From: Candidatus Woesearchaeota archaeon
GTDB taxonomy: Archaea > Nanobdellota > Nanobdellia > Pacearchaeales > GW2011-AR1
Length of the DNA: 64,000 nt
Reading direction: 5' to 3'
Assembly (NCBI GenBank): GCA_964576755.1
Contig: CAZNUV010000001.1
Coordinates: forward strand, 40,883-104,882
The notes under the pieces are model-generated. The model was not told the DNA's origin. It ran no database searches and saw nothing but the letters and a program-made list of their open reading frames with translations. The position numbers and the translations under genes are program-made. Of the stretch, positions 9,226-17,198 are shown piece by piece. Positions within the stretch are counted from its first letter, which is position 1. Each line of letters begins with the position of its first letter.

Positions 9226-9909
9226 TTACCTAGAAAGACTAATTTCGTTTAACTTATAAAAAAGTTCTCCAAAGACCTTAATGGGTTTTTTATTTGCTTT
9301 AATTTTAATTATTCTATTCCCATAATATTTTATAAGCATTGGTTCTATATCGTTTCTATAATCTTTTAATCTTTTAGAAAAAACTTCAAAATCATCATCC
9401 CTTCTTTTAATTATTTTCTCGCCACTACAAACATCACAAAAACCCTCTCTAATTGGTTTAAGTGATTCGTCTGTTTGATTATTATATACTTTTCTACATC
9501 TTGGGCAACTCACCCTTCCAGCAGCCCTCTGGTAAAGCTGGGCATCATTATTTAATCTAAGAATAACAGGAATATGATCTGGATGTAGATTATCTAAGAA
9601 ATTGGCCTGACCAAAAGTTCTTGGAAACCCATCAATAACAAAGCCATGCTGATATTCTGGTTTTTTTAGATATTCTTCAACTAAATTATTGGTGAGATTG
9701 TCTGGGACTAATTTGCCCTGGCCCCAATATTCCTCCCTAGCACTTATCCCAAGAAGAGAACCTTCATTTGCAAGTTTTCTAAAAATCTCTCCTGTGGAAA
9801 TATGAAAAATTTGTAATTCTTTCTCAAGTGTATTAGAAACAGTTCCTTTTCCTGAATTTGGGGGGCCTATTAAAACAATCTTTCTAAAATCTCTCTGCAG
9901 TTTTTCCAT
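9226..9909 (-). CDS. adk: Adenylate kinase, bacterial type with Zn-LID
   Basis: GPPNSGKGT P-loop, HISTGEIFR, GKLVPD, DGFPRT; LID CPRC...CDVC; RRDD. Confidence 0.9.
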   Translation of the reverse strand: MEKLQRDFRKIVLIGPPNSGKGTVSNTLEKELQIFHISTGEIFRKLANEGSLLGISAREEYWGQGKLVPDNLTNNLVEEYLKKPEYQHGFVIDGFPRTFGQANFLDNLHPDHIPVILRLNNDAQLYQRAAGRVSCPRCRKVYNNQTDESLKPIREGFCDVCSGEKIIKRRDDDFEVFSKRLKDYRNDIEPMLIKYYGNRIIKIKANKKPIKVFGELFYKLNEISLSR

Positions 9910-10017
9910 AAAAATCCCATAAAAGACTAATTTATAATGTTTTCTATGATTATCTAAAGGCTAGGAGGAAATCTCATGTATCCAAACCTTTATAAATAAA
10001 TTTTTTGTTAACTTGAT

Positions 10018-10407
10018 ATGGCTTTTAAATTATTAAATGCAACAGAACTACGTGTTGGAAGTTTTGCAATGATAGATGGGGAAGCATTTCAAATTAAAAG
10101 TATGGATATTTCTAAAACAGGGAAACATGGTCATGCAAAATGCAGATTTGAAGCAGTGAGTTTAACTGGTGGAAAGAAAAAAGTATTAGTTGTTCCCGGA
10201 CATGAAAGGTTTGAGGTTCCAATGATTATAAAAAATAAGGCACAGGTTCTTTCAATTTCTGGAGAAATAGTGAATGTAATGGACTTAGAAAGTTATGAAA
10301 ATTTTGAATTAGACATCCCTGAAGAATTCAAGGGTCAGATAAAAGAAGAAGATAATATTGAGTATTGGGACATCGAAGGAAGAAAAATAATAAAGAGGAT
10401 ATTATAA
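10018..10407 (+). CDS. eif5a: Translation factor aIF5A
   Basis: Hypusine motif SKTGKHGHAK plus a C-terminal OB domain. Confidence 0.96.
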   Translation: MAFKLLNATELRVGSFAMIDGEAFQIKSMDISKTGKHGHAKCRFEAVSLTGGKKKVLVVPGHERFEVPMIIKNKAQVLSISGEIVNVMDLESYENFELDIPEEFKGQIKEEDNIEYWDIEGRKIIKRIL

Positions 10408-10409
10408 TT

Positions 10410-10574
10410 ATGGCATCAAAAATTCCTGCAGCTCAAAATAGATTATTTAAGAATATTTTTGTTTGTAAAAATTGTAAACATCGAATGAGGGTTGAACCGT
10501 TAAAAATATTAGGTGGAAAGGTTAGATGTAGAAAATGTAAAAAGAGTGACTTTCGTGTCGTAAGAAAGAAATAA
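10410..10574 (+). CDS. rpl40e: 50S ribosomal protein L40e
   Basis: From ATG 10410: MASKIPAAQNRLFKNIFVCKNC...CRKC..FRVVRKK. Confidence 0.85.
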   Translation: MASKIPAAQNRLFKNIFVCKNCKHRMRVEPLKILGGKVRCRKCKKSDFRVVRKK

Positions 10575-10594
10575 TTAATAAATTAATATAATCA

Positions 10595-11977
10595 ATGGTA
10601 TCTTTTATAGTATATGACTTAAGTTTCTTGGTTTTATTTACAATCTTTATTTTTATTTTTTTATATAAAAATAGGAGAAAACTAGGTAGGGAGGGGATAA
10701 TCTTTATGTATCGGACCCAAGTGGGAGTTAAACTGATTAAATATGTGGGTGACACTTTTTCTAAAGTTTTACATAAGATGAAACATGTAGTAATTGGAGT
10801 TGGGTTTATCTTAATGGGAATTATGCTCTATCTATTAGGTTTTTCATTTTACAAATATATTTCTGATCCTTTAATTTTTCAATTAATAAAAGCTCCGCCA
10901 ATTGCACCTTTGATTCCCTATTTTCCAGAATTATTTGGGATGCAATCTTATTTCCCTCCTTTTTATTTTACTTATTTTATTATAGCTCTTTTAATTGTCG
11001 CAGTAGTCCATGAATTCTCACATGGAATCTTTATGAGACTTTTTAAGATAAAAATAAAATCTACAGGTTTTATTTTTCTTGGACCAATATTAGGGGCATT
11101 TGTTGAGCAAGATGATAATCAAATGAAGAGAGAATCTAATTTTAATCAAATGACTATCCTTGCTGCAGGTGTTTTTGCAAATTTAATTTTTGCAGTTTTA
11201 TTCTTTATTCTCCTATTAGGATTTTTTAATTTTTCATATGTAGAATCTGGATATAAGTTCAATACTTATGCGTATAGTATTGTTCCGAAAAATCAAATTT
11301 CTGGTTATGGGAATTTTTCTGAACCTTTAACCGAGGTTTATGTACAAAATAGAACATACTATTTAGACGAAGAATTAAAACAAAACTTTAATAAAAATTT
11401 GACCCAGGTTATCTTATATGAGGGTCCTGCAGTAAAATCTCAAGTAAAGGGGGCAATTGTTGAGATAGACAATAGTAAAATCTCAAATCAAAAAGAGTTG
11501 GAAATTTTCTTGAGTAAAAAAAGCCCTGGAGAAATAATTAATTTAAAAACAGAAGATAAACAAGAAGAAATAAATAATTATGAACTAATTTTAGGTGAAC
11601 ATCCTTTTAACAATTCAAAAGCTTATCTCGGGGTTGGATTTATTGGAGGTAATCAACAAAAAGGAATATTTTCAAAAGTAGTAAACTCTATTCTTTATTT
11701 TAAAGATCCTGCAGTTTATTATAAACCTACTTGGAATAGGGACGTAGTGGAGTTCATTTATAATTTTTTATGGTGGGTGGCCATAATTAATTTGTTGGTA
11801 GCATTGTTTAATATGCTACCCTTAGGAATATTAGATGGTGGAAGATTCCTTTATCTTACTATTTTTTCTATAACAAAATCCAAAAATTTTGCAAAAATAT
11901 TTTTTAAAATAATTTCATATGCAATATTATTAATTTTTGTTTTAATGTTACTATTTTGGATTTTTAAATTTTTCTAA
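10595..11977 (+). CDS. Site-2 protease (M50) with a PDZ-like insert
   Basis: HEFSH zinc motif, GAFVE, NMLPLGILDGG; multiple TM helices. Confidence 0.92.
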   Translation: MVSFIVYDLSFLVLFTIFIFIFLYKNRRKLGREGIIFMYRTQVGVKLIKYVGDTFSKVLHKMKHVVIGVGFILMGIMLYLLGFSFYKYISDPLIFQLIKAPPIAPLIPYFPELFGMQSYFPPFYFTYFIIALLIVAVVHEFSHGIFMRLFKIKIKSTGFIFLGPILGAFVEQDDNQMKRESNFNQMTILAAGVFANLIFAVLFFILLLGFFNFSYVESGYKFNTYAYSIVPKNQISGYGNFSEPLTEVYVQNRTYYLDEELKQNFNKNLTQVILYEGPAVKSQVKGAIVEIDNSKISNQKELEIFLSKKSPGEIINLKTEDKQEEINNYELILGEHPFNNSKAYLGVGFIGGNQQKGIFSKVVNSILYFKDPAVYYKPTWNRDVVEFIYNFLWWVAIINLLVALFNMLPLGILDGGRFLYLTIFSITKSKNFAKIFFKIISYAILLIFVLMLLFWIFKFF

Positions 11978-12104
11978 TTTCTCGACGACAATTTTTTTGT
12001 TTAACAAACAGTTTTAACAAAAAAATTTATTTTTAGAAAAGTATTTAAACAAGTTTATCGTTATTAAATTAACTAAAATTAAAAAAATAAAAAGAGGTCA
12101 TCAA

Positions 12105-12224
12105 ATGGTCGCAAGAAAAAAAGCTGCAAAAAAGAAAACAGTTAAGAAAAAAACTGTAAAGAAGAAAGCTGCAAAAAAGAAAAAAGCAGTTAAAAAGAAA
12201 GCAGTTAAAAAAAAGAGAAGATAA
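12105..12224 (+). CDS. 39-aa Lys-rich histone H1/protamine-like small protein
   Basis: Not in the ORF track. MVARKKAAKKKTVKKKTVKKKAAKKKKAVKKKAVKKKRR*; SD GAGGT at 12094-12098, TATA-like box at about 12042-12050, T-rich tract downstream. Confidence 0.7.
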   Translation: MVARKKAAKKKTVKKKTVKKKAAKKKKAVKKKAVKKKRR

Positions 12225-12259
12225 AGTAAAATTTAAATTTTTTTATTTTTATTTATTAT

Positions 12260-13288
12260 ATGAATAAATCTAAGGGTAAGGATATTTCTGATAGTTTAAA
12301 AAAAGATTTATCTAAAAAACATTATGCACTTGCTGGAAGCACTTCTGCTGTTCAAATTTGTAATTGGACTAAAAATTCATTGAACAAAAAGGGGGTATGT
12401 TGGAAAGAGAAATTTTATGGAATTCAAAGTCATCGATGCTGTCAAATGTCTCCTTGCGTAATGTGGTGTGAAAATAAATGTTTACATTGTTGGAGACCAA
12501 TAGAAGACAATCTAGGAACAGATATTCCTGTCATAGATGACCCAAAAAAGATAATTGAGGAAATAATTAAACAACGAATAAAATTATTAAATGGTTTTGG
12601 GGGAAATGAAAGAATAAATAAGAAAAGATTAAAGGAGTCTTTAGAACCAAACTTATTTACCTTTTCTTTGTCTGGAGAACCAACACTTTATCCAAGACTT
12701 GGAGAATTAATTAAAGAGCTAAGAAAAAGAAAAATAGTAACATTTATCGTGACAAATGGACAAAATTCTCAAGCAATAAAAAAATTAGAAAAAGAAAAAG
12801 CGCTCCCAACACAATTAACTGTTTCATTAAATGCTCCTAATGAAAAACTTTTTACAATTTGGCATCGTTCTTCTAAACCCGCTGCATGGAAAGAGTTTAA
12901 TAAAACTTTAGAACTTTTAAAAGAATTAAAAAATAAAACTAGAAAAGTAATCCGTCTTACTCTTGTTAAATCTATTCAAGGAAAAAATTTACTTGATAAA
13001 ATTTCAAATATGGGAGAAGAAACTATTTCTGAATATGCACATTTAATAAAAAAAGCAGATCCAGATTTTATCCATGTTAAAGCTTTTATGTCTCTAGGTT
13101 ATTCAAGAGAAAGAATGGGTTATGAAAAAATGCCAGAACATTATGAAATAAAACGTTTTGCAGAGAAATTATTACAAGAATTAAAAAGCCAAGGATCAAA
13201 GGAATATAAAATTCTCGGTGATGAAAAAAGAAGTAGAGTTGTATTAATTGGGAAATCTCGTAGAGGGTTAAAAATTAAAAAAGCGTGA
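12260..13288 (+). CDS. taw1: 4-demethylwyosine synthase Taw1/TYW1 (radical SAM)
   Basis: ICNWTK, CWKEKFYGIQSHRC, CENKCLHCWR, SLSGEPTLYP. Confidence 0.93.
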   Translation: MNKSKGKDISDSLKKDLSKKHYALAGSTSAVQICNWTKNSLNKKGVCWKEKFYGIQSHRCCQMSPCVMWCENKCLHCWRPIEDNLGTDIPVIDDPKKIIEEIIKQRIKLLNGFGGNERINKKRLKESLEPNLFTFSLSGEPTLYPRLGELIKELRKRKIVTFIVTNGQNSQAIKKLEKEKALPTQLTVSLNAPNEKLFTIWHRSSKPAAWKEFNKTLELLKELKNKTRKVIRLTLVKSIQGKNLLDKISNMGEETISEYAHLIKKADPDFIHVKAFMSLGYSRERMGYEKMPEHYEIKRFAEKLLQELKSQGSKEYKILGDEKRSRVVLIGKSRRGLKIKKA

Positions 13289-13305
13289 AAATAAATTGTC
13301 TAAAA

Positions 13306-13662
13306 TTATAACATTACAACACCCTCTTTAGTCAAAGCAGTAAATCTAACTCCAACAGGTAGGCTTAATAAAGCAGAAAGAAGAGCCATATGTTCTTTTC
13401 CTGAACCAGATGCAATTGATAAAGCAACTTCTGTTCCTTTGACCTTACCTTTAAGTTTTTTTGCAAATTCTTCTTTTAAAGATGTAAGCGCCTTATTATC
13501 AGAGTATTCTACAAAATCAAAGGGAATTCCTTTCTCTAGTTTAAAATCTTTAGCATAACTAGGGCCAACTAAAATAATTCTTTCCCATTCTCCTTTTGAG
13601 CATAATCCAGAAACTTGTCCCCAAGTTCCTTTCCCAGTACTCAACATTGCTACAAGTTCCAT
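13306..13662 (-). CDS. Hypothetical alpha/beta protein, possibly CARF-like
   Basis: 118 aa with alternating strand/helix pattern; LVAMLSTGKGTW and ALSIASGSGKEH loops. Confidence 0.6.
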   Translation of the reverse strand: MELVAMLSTGKGTWGQVSGLCSKGEWERIILVGPSYAKDFKLEKGIPFDFVEYSDNKALTSLKEEFAKKLKGKVKGTEVALSIASGSGKEHMALLSALLSLPVGVRFTALTKEGVVML

Positions 13663-13742
13663 AATTTTATTTTAATTCTCAATTTTATAAGCATTTATAT
13701 TCTTGACAATAGATTTATAAAGCTAAAAAAGCTAAAAAAATT

Positions 13743-13792
13743 ACCTTTGACTACCGCTGGTAGGAGGATTAGATAAATCTTATAGACTAAAG
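13743..13792 (+). promoter_or_regulatory. Candidate uL1-binding autoregulatory 5' leader
   Basis: About 50-nt leader after TTTATAAA (13714-13721). TAG-GAG-GATT[AGATA]AATC-TTATAGA-CTA resembles the helix-GAG-hairpin L1 site. Confidence 0.45.
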
Positions 13793-14413
13793 ATGGAAGA
13801 ACAGACATTTGAAAAAGCATTAGAAGAATTAAGAAAAGATAAAAAAAGAAAGTTCTTACAGACAGTAGACTTAATTATAAATCTTCAAGAATTTGATGTT
13901 CGGAAAGAATCTTTCAACACTTTTATAAAAATTCCTCATCCAATTGATAAAAAGATATGTGCATTTTTAACAAAAAAATCAAGCATAGTTGATACAATTA
14001 CTAAGGAAGGGTTTGATAAATACAAAGAGAAAAAAGAGATAAAAAATCTTACTAAAAAATATGATTTCTTTATTGCTATAGCTCCGCTGATGCCTCAAAT
14101 TGCTACAAAGTTTGGTAGAATTTTCGGTCCGGTTGGTAAAATGCCTTCTCCACAAGCAGGAATACTAACTAAAGAAGATGATAAAACAATAAAAGAAAAT
14201 GTTGAAAAGATGAAAAGCATGATAAGGATACGGGTCAAAGAAAGAAGTATAAAGGTTATTATTGGGAGAGAGGATTTGCAAAATAAAGATTTAAAAGAAA
14301 ATGCTGAAGCAATTATCAATGCAATTGAAAAAAATCTTCCACGTGGTAAACAAAACATAAAAAATGTCCTTATAAAATTTACAATGACTAAACCGATAAA
14401 GGTGAAATATTAA
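13793..14413 (+). CDS. rpl1: 50S ribosomal protein L1
   Basis: RKFLQTVDLIINL, FGPVGKMPSP, KFTMTKP. Confidence 0.95.
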   Translation: MEEQTFEKALEELRKDKKRKFLQTVDLIINLQEFDVRKESFNTFIKIPHPIDKKICAFLTKKSSIVDTITKEGFDKYKEKKEIKNLTKKYDFFIAIAPLMPQIATKFGRIFGPVGKMPSPQAGILTKEDDKTIKENVEKMKSMIRIRVKERSIKVIIGREDLQNKDLKENAEAIINAIEKNLPRGKQNIKNVLIKFTMTKPIKVKY

Positions 14414-14414
14414 A

Positions 14415-15350
14415 ATGGTAAAAGAAGATTTGAAGAAAGAGAAAAAAATTGAAAAAAAAGAAGAGAAAAAGAAGATTGAAACTCATGTTTCTGAAGCAAA
14501 AAAGAAAAAAGTTGAAGGATTAAAAAGACTTATGAAGAAAAAAGCAATTATAATCGCATCAATTAAAAATTTACCTTCTTCACAATTCCAGGATATTAGA
14601 AAAAAATTAAGAGCTAAAGCAGAAGTAGTTGTCTCTAAAAAGAGTTTAATTGACTTTGCATTAGAACACGCACAAGATGCGCATTTAAAACAATTAGTTA
14701 AATATGTTGATGAAAATTGTGCATTACTTTTTTCCGATGAAGATGCGTTCGAGTTGTCTGCATTACTTTCAGAAAATAAAAGTGCTACAAAAGCAAAACC
14801 AGGACAAGAAGCTCCAGAAGATATTCATATTGAAGCAGGGCCTACTGATTTAATGCCTGGGCCAGATATAAGTTTTCTTAGCGGAGTTGGGTTACAAGTA
14901 AAAATTGAAAATGGGAAAATTGCAATTCAAGCTCCAAAGATATTAGTTAAAAAAGGAGTTGCTATCTCTGAAAATCAATCAGCAGTTTTATCTAAATTAG
15001 GAATTACTCCGTTTGAAGTTGGACTTGAACCTTTAGTTGCTTTTTATGATGGTAAAATATATACCCATATTAAAATAAACAAGCCTGAAACAATTGAAGA
15101 ATTAAAAAAAGCCTGTGGAAGAGGGCTAGCATTTGCTGTTTCTATTAATCAGGTAAACCAAGAAACATTACCATTTATTTTAGCAAAAGCAGCAAGCCAT
15201 GAAATGGTTCTTTCAAGTTTGATTAAAACAGGAGTTAAAGAAGAAACTATTGAACAGGTGAAAGAAGAAACACAAGTAGAAGGAGAAAAATTAGCTGAGG
15301 AAAAAGAAGAACCTAAAGCAAAAGAAGAAAATAAATCAGATTCAAACTAA
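14415..15350 (+). CDS. rpl10: 50S ribosomal protein L10 (P0)
   Basis: QFQDIRKKLR, AKPGQEAPEDI.IEAGPT, LSKLGITP. Confidence 0.95.
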   Translation: MVKEDLKKEKKIEKKEEKKKIETHVSEAKKKKVEGLKRLMKKKAIIIASIKNLPSSQFQDIRKKLRAKAEVVVSKKSLIDFALEHAQDAHLKQLVKYVDENCALLFSDEDAFELSALLSENKSATKAKPGQEAPEDIHIEAGPTDLMPGPDISFLSGVGLQVKIENGKIAIQAPKILVKKGVAISENQSAVLSKLGITPFEVGLEPLVAFYDGKIYTHIKINKPETIEELKKACGRGLAFAVSINQVNQETLPFILAKAASHEMVLSSLIKTGVKEETIEQVKEETQVEGEKLAEEKEEPKAKEENKSDSN

Positions 15351-15366
15351 ATAAAAAACAAACAAA

Positions 15367-15651
15367 ATGGAATACACATACGCAGCACTTTTGTTGCATA
15401 AACTAGGGCAAGAGATCAGTGAAGACAACTTGAAGAAAGTGATTTCAGCAACTGGAGCACAGGTTGACGAAGGAAAAGTCAAGGTTCTTGTTGCAAGCTT
15501 AAAAGATGTCAATATTGATGAACAACTAGCAAATGCAAGTCTTGCCGCAGCTGCACCAGCAGCAAGCACAGAGACAACAGAAGCGCCAGAAGAAAAGAAA
15601 GAAGAACCTAAAGCAGAAGCTGCAGAAGGTTTAGCTTCATTATTCGGTTAA
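15367..15651 (+). CDS. rpl12: 50S ribosomal stalk protein L12 (P1)
   Basis: MEYTYAALLLH, Ala hinge, EGLASLFG C-terminus. Confidence 0.97.
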   Translation: MEYTYAALLLHKLGQEISEDNLKKVISATGAQVDEGKVKVLVASLKDVNIDEQLANASLAAAAPAASTETTEAPEEKKEEPKAEAAEGLASLFG

Positions 15652-15775
15652 TCTAGTTTTTAATTCTTATTTAGGATTAGCCGCACTAGTTGTAGTTTGA
15701 ACAAGGTTTATAAAATCAAAGATAAATAAATTTCTCCCGAGGTCCTGGGAAAAGAGTTCTGTGATAATTTAGAAA

Positions 15776-16369
15776 ATGAAAATCCGACACAATTTAGATA
15801 TTGAAAAAGAAATGCGCAATAAAAATGAATTCTGGAAATATTGGGAAATTAGTGAAGAAATAGCAAAAAGACTAAGCCCATTAATAGTGAATAAATATAA
15901 AGATAAACTTAATAGATTAGGAGGGACTTTAGATACTACCTGGAATTTACAGTTACCTTCAATACTTTATTGTTTAAATGGAAAATTAAAAGGGAAAAAG
16001 ATTCTAGATTTGGGTTGTGGTTCATATCCTACAACAGATGGAATGTTTATGTCCTGGCAACCATGGTTATGTAGAGCATTACTGGAAATTGAATCTAAAC
16101 CAATTGGGATAGATATTGGAAATCTATCATTTGAAGAATTTGAACACTATCAACTAGACTTAACTAAACCTGATGCTCTTGATTTTTTACCAGATAAGTC
16201 TATAGACTTAGCAAATGCCTCTCAGTTGGTTAATTCACCTTTTTTATTTAGGTATTGTAGGAAACTTGGTTATGGTGAGATAAACCTCTTAGAGACTCTA
16301 ACTCCTCAATTAGAAAGAATCATCAGGCCAGAGGGAGTACTTATTTACTCAGACGACAGATTTATTTAA
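15776..16369 (+). CDS. Class I SAM-dependent methyltransferase-like protein
   Basis: KILDLGCGS motif I, IGIDI, RIIRPEGVLI. Confidence 0.7.
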   Translation: MKIRHNLDIEKEMRNKNEFWKYWEISEEIAKRLSPLIVNKYKDKLNRLGGTLDTTWNLQLPSILYCLNGKLKGKKILDLGCGSYPTTDGMFMSWQPWLCRALLEIESKPIGIDIGNLSFEEFEHYQLDLTKPDALDFLPDKSIDLANASQLVNSPFLFRYCRKLGYGEINLLETLTPQLERIIRPEGVLIYSDDRFI

Positions 16370-16424
16370 ATCAAGATAAGCAAGATTTAAAATAGCTTAA
16401 TTCTAACAAATTATGAGTCAACTA

Positions 16425-16551
16425 GCCCACATCGCATAATGGTATTGCACTGGCCTTGAAAACTTCAAGTTTTTCTTGGAGTTGCTCAGGAAACTGAGTT
16501 TCATGACAGCCAGGCCCTCTGGGTATCTCGGTTCGATTCCGAGTGTGGGCG
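16425..16551 (+). tRNA. tRNA-Ser(UGA) with a 47-nt intron at 37/38 (16461-16507)
   Basis: Acceptor GCCCACA/TGTGGGC-G; anticodon arm CTGGC-CT-TGA-A|intron|A-GCCAG; long variable arm GCCCTCTGGGT; T-arm CTCGGTTCGATTCCGAG; G discriminator. Confidence 0.9.
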
Positions 16552-16559
16552 TTTAGAAC

Positions 16560-17144
16560 ATGAAACACAAAACAAAAATGTTTTTAATAGGGGGAATAAT
16601 AATAGTATTAATGCTCCTAACCATCGGAGGAATATATAAAATGGAAAATAAAAAAATAGTAAACATAAAAATTACAACATCTGAAGGAGATATAGTCTTA
16701 GAACTCTATCCTGAACAAGCTCCAATAACTGTTGAAAACTTCTTAGGTTATGTAAGTCGTGGAGATTATGAAAATACTGTTTTTCACAGAGTTATAAAAG
16801 ACTTTATGATTCAGGGAGGCGGATTTACTCCAGAGGGCAAGGAAAAACCAACAAAAAGCCCTATAAAACTTGAATCAAATAATGGTTTAAAAAACGAAAA
16901 ATATACTATTGCAATGGCAAGAACTAATATTCCTGATTCTGCAACAAATCAGTTCTTTATTAATACTGCAAATAATGACTTTCTAAACTACGGATCTCGA
17001 GATAAAGGTTATGCTGTTTTTGGAAAAGTCACTAGTGGGCAAGAAGTTATCGATTCTATTCAAAACAAAGAAACTACTACAAAATATCAAATGCAAGACT
17101 GGCCTATTAAAGAGATAACTATTCTAAAAATAGAAGTTGTCTAA
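16560..17144 (+). CDS. Cyclophilin-type PPIase with an N-terminal membrane anchor
   Basis: APITVENF, FHRVIKDFMIQGGG, IAMART, SATNQFFIN, YAVFGKV. Confidence 0.95.
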   Translation: MKHKTKMFLIGGIIIVLMLLTIGGIYKMENKKIVNIKITTSEGDIVLELYPEQAPITVENFLGYVSRGDYENTVFHRVIKDFMIQGGGFTPEGKEKPTKSPIKLESNNGLKNEKYTIAMARTNIPDSATNQFFINTANNDFLNYGSRDKGYAVFGKVTSGQEVIDSIQNKETTTKYQMQDWPIKEITILKIEVV

Positions 17145-17160
17145 AAGAGATATTCTAGAA

Positions 17161-17198
17161 TTTTATTTAATGATAAAAATTTTATTTAATGATAAAAA
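17161..17198. repeat. Perfect 19-bp tandem duplication (TTTTATTTAATGATAAAAA x2)
   Basis: 17161-17179 is identical to 17180-17198; it spans the 3' end of AMP phosphorylase. Confidence 0.8.

Noticed and set aside
10365..10409. Track start of the L40e ORF at 10365
   Set aside because: It overlaps aIF5A; ATG 10410 gives a normal-length L40e.
12105..12224. A-rich repeats as a CRISPR array or simple microsatellite
   Set aside because: There is no repeat-spacer structure; variation is at synonymous positions within one open frame.
15733..15755. Short GC-rich inverted repeat TCCC-GAGGTCCT-GGGA upstream of the methyltransferase
   Set aside because: The stem is too short to call a regulatory RNA without comparative data.
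16455..16478. TTCA inside the tRNA intron suggesting a selenocysteine or opal-suppressor anticodon
   Set aside because: The anticodon stem CTGGC/GCCAG places TGA at positions 34-36; the 7-bp acceptor stem and normal D-arm fit tRNA-Ser, not tRNA-Sec.
15776..16551. Methyltransferase beside a tRNA as an integrated mobile element
   Set aside because: No integrase, transposase or duplicated tRNA 3' end (att site) was seen in the window.
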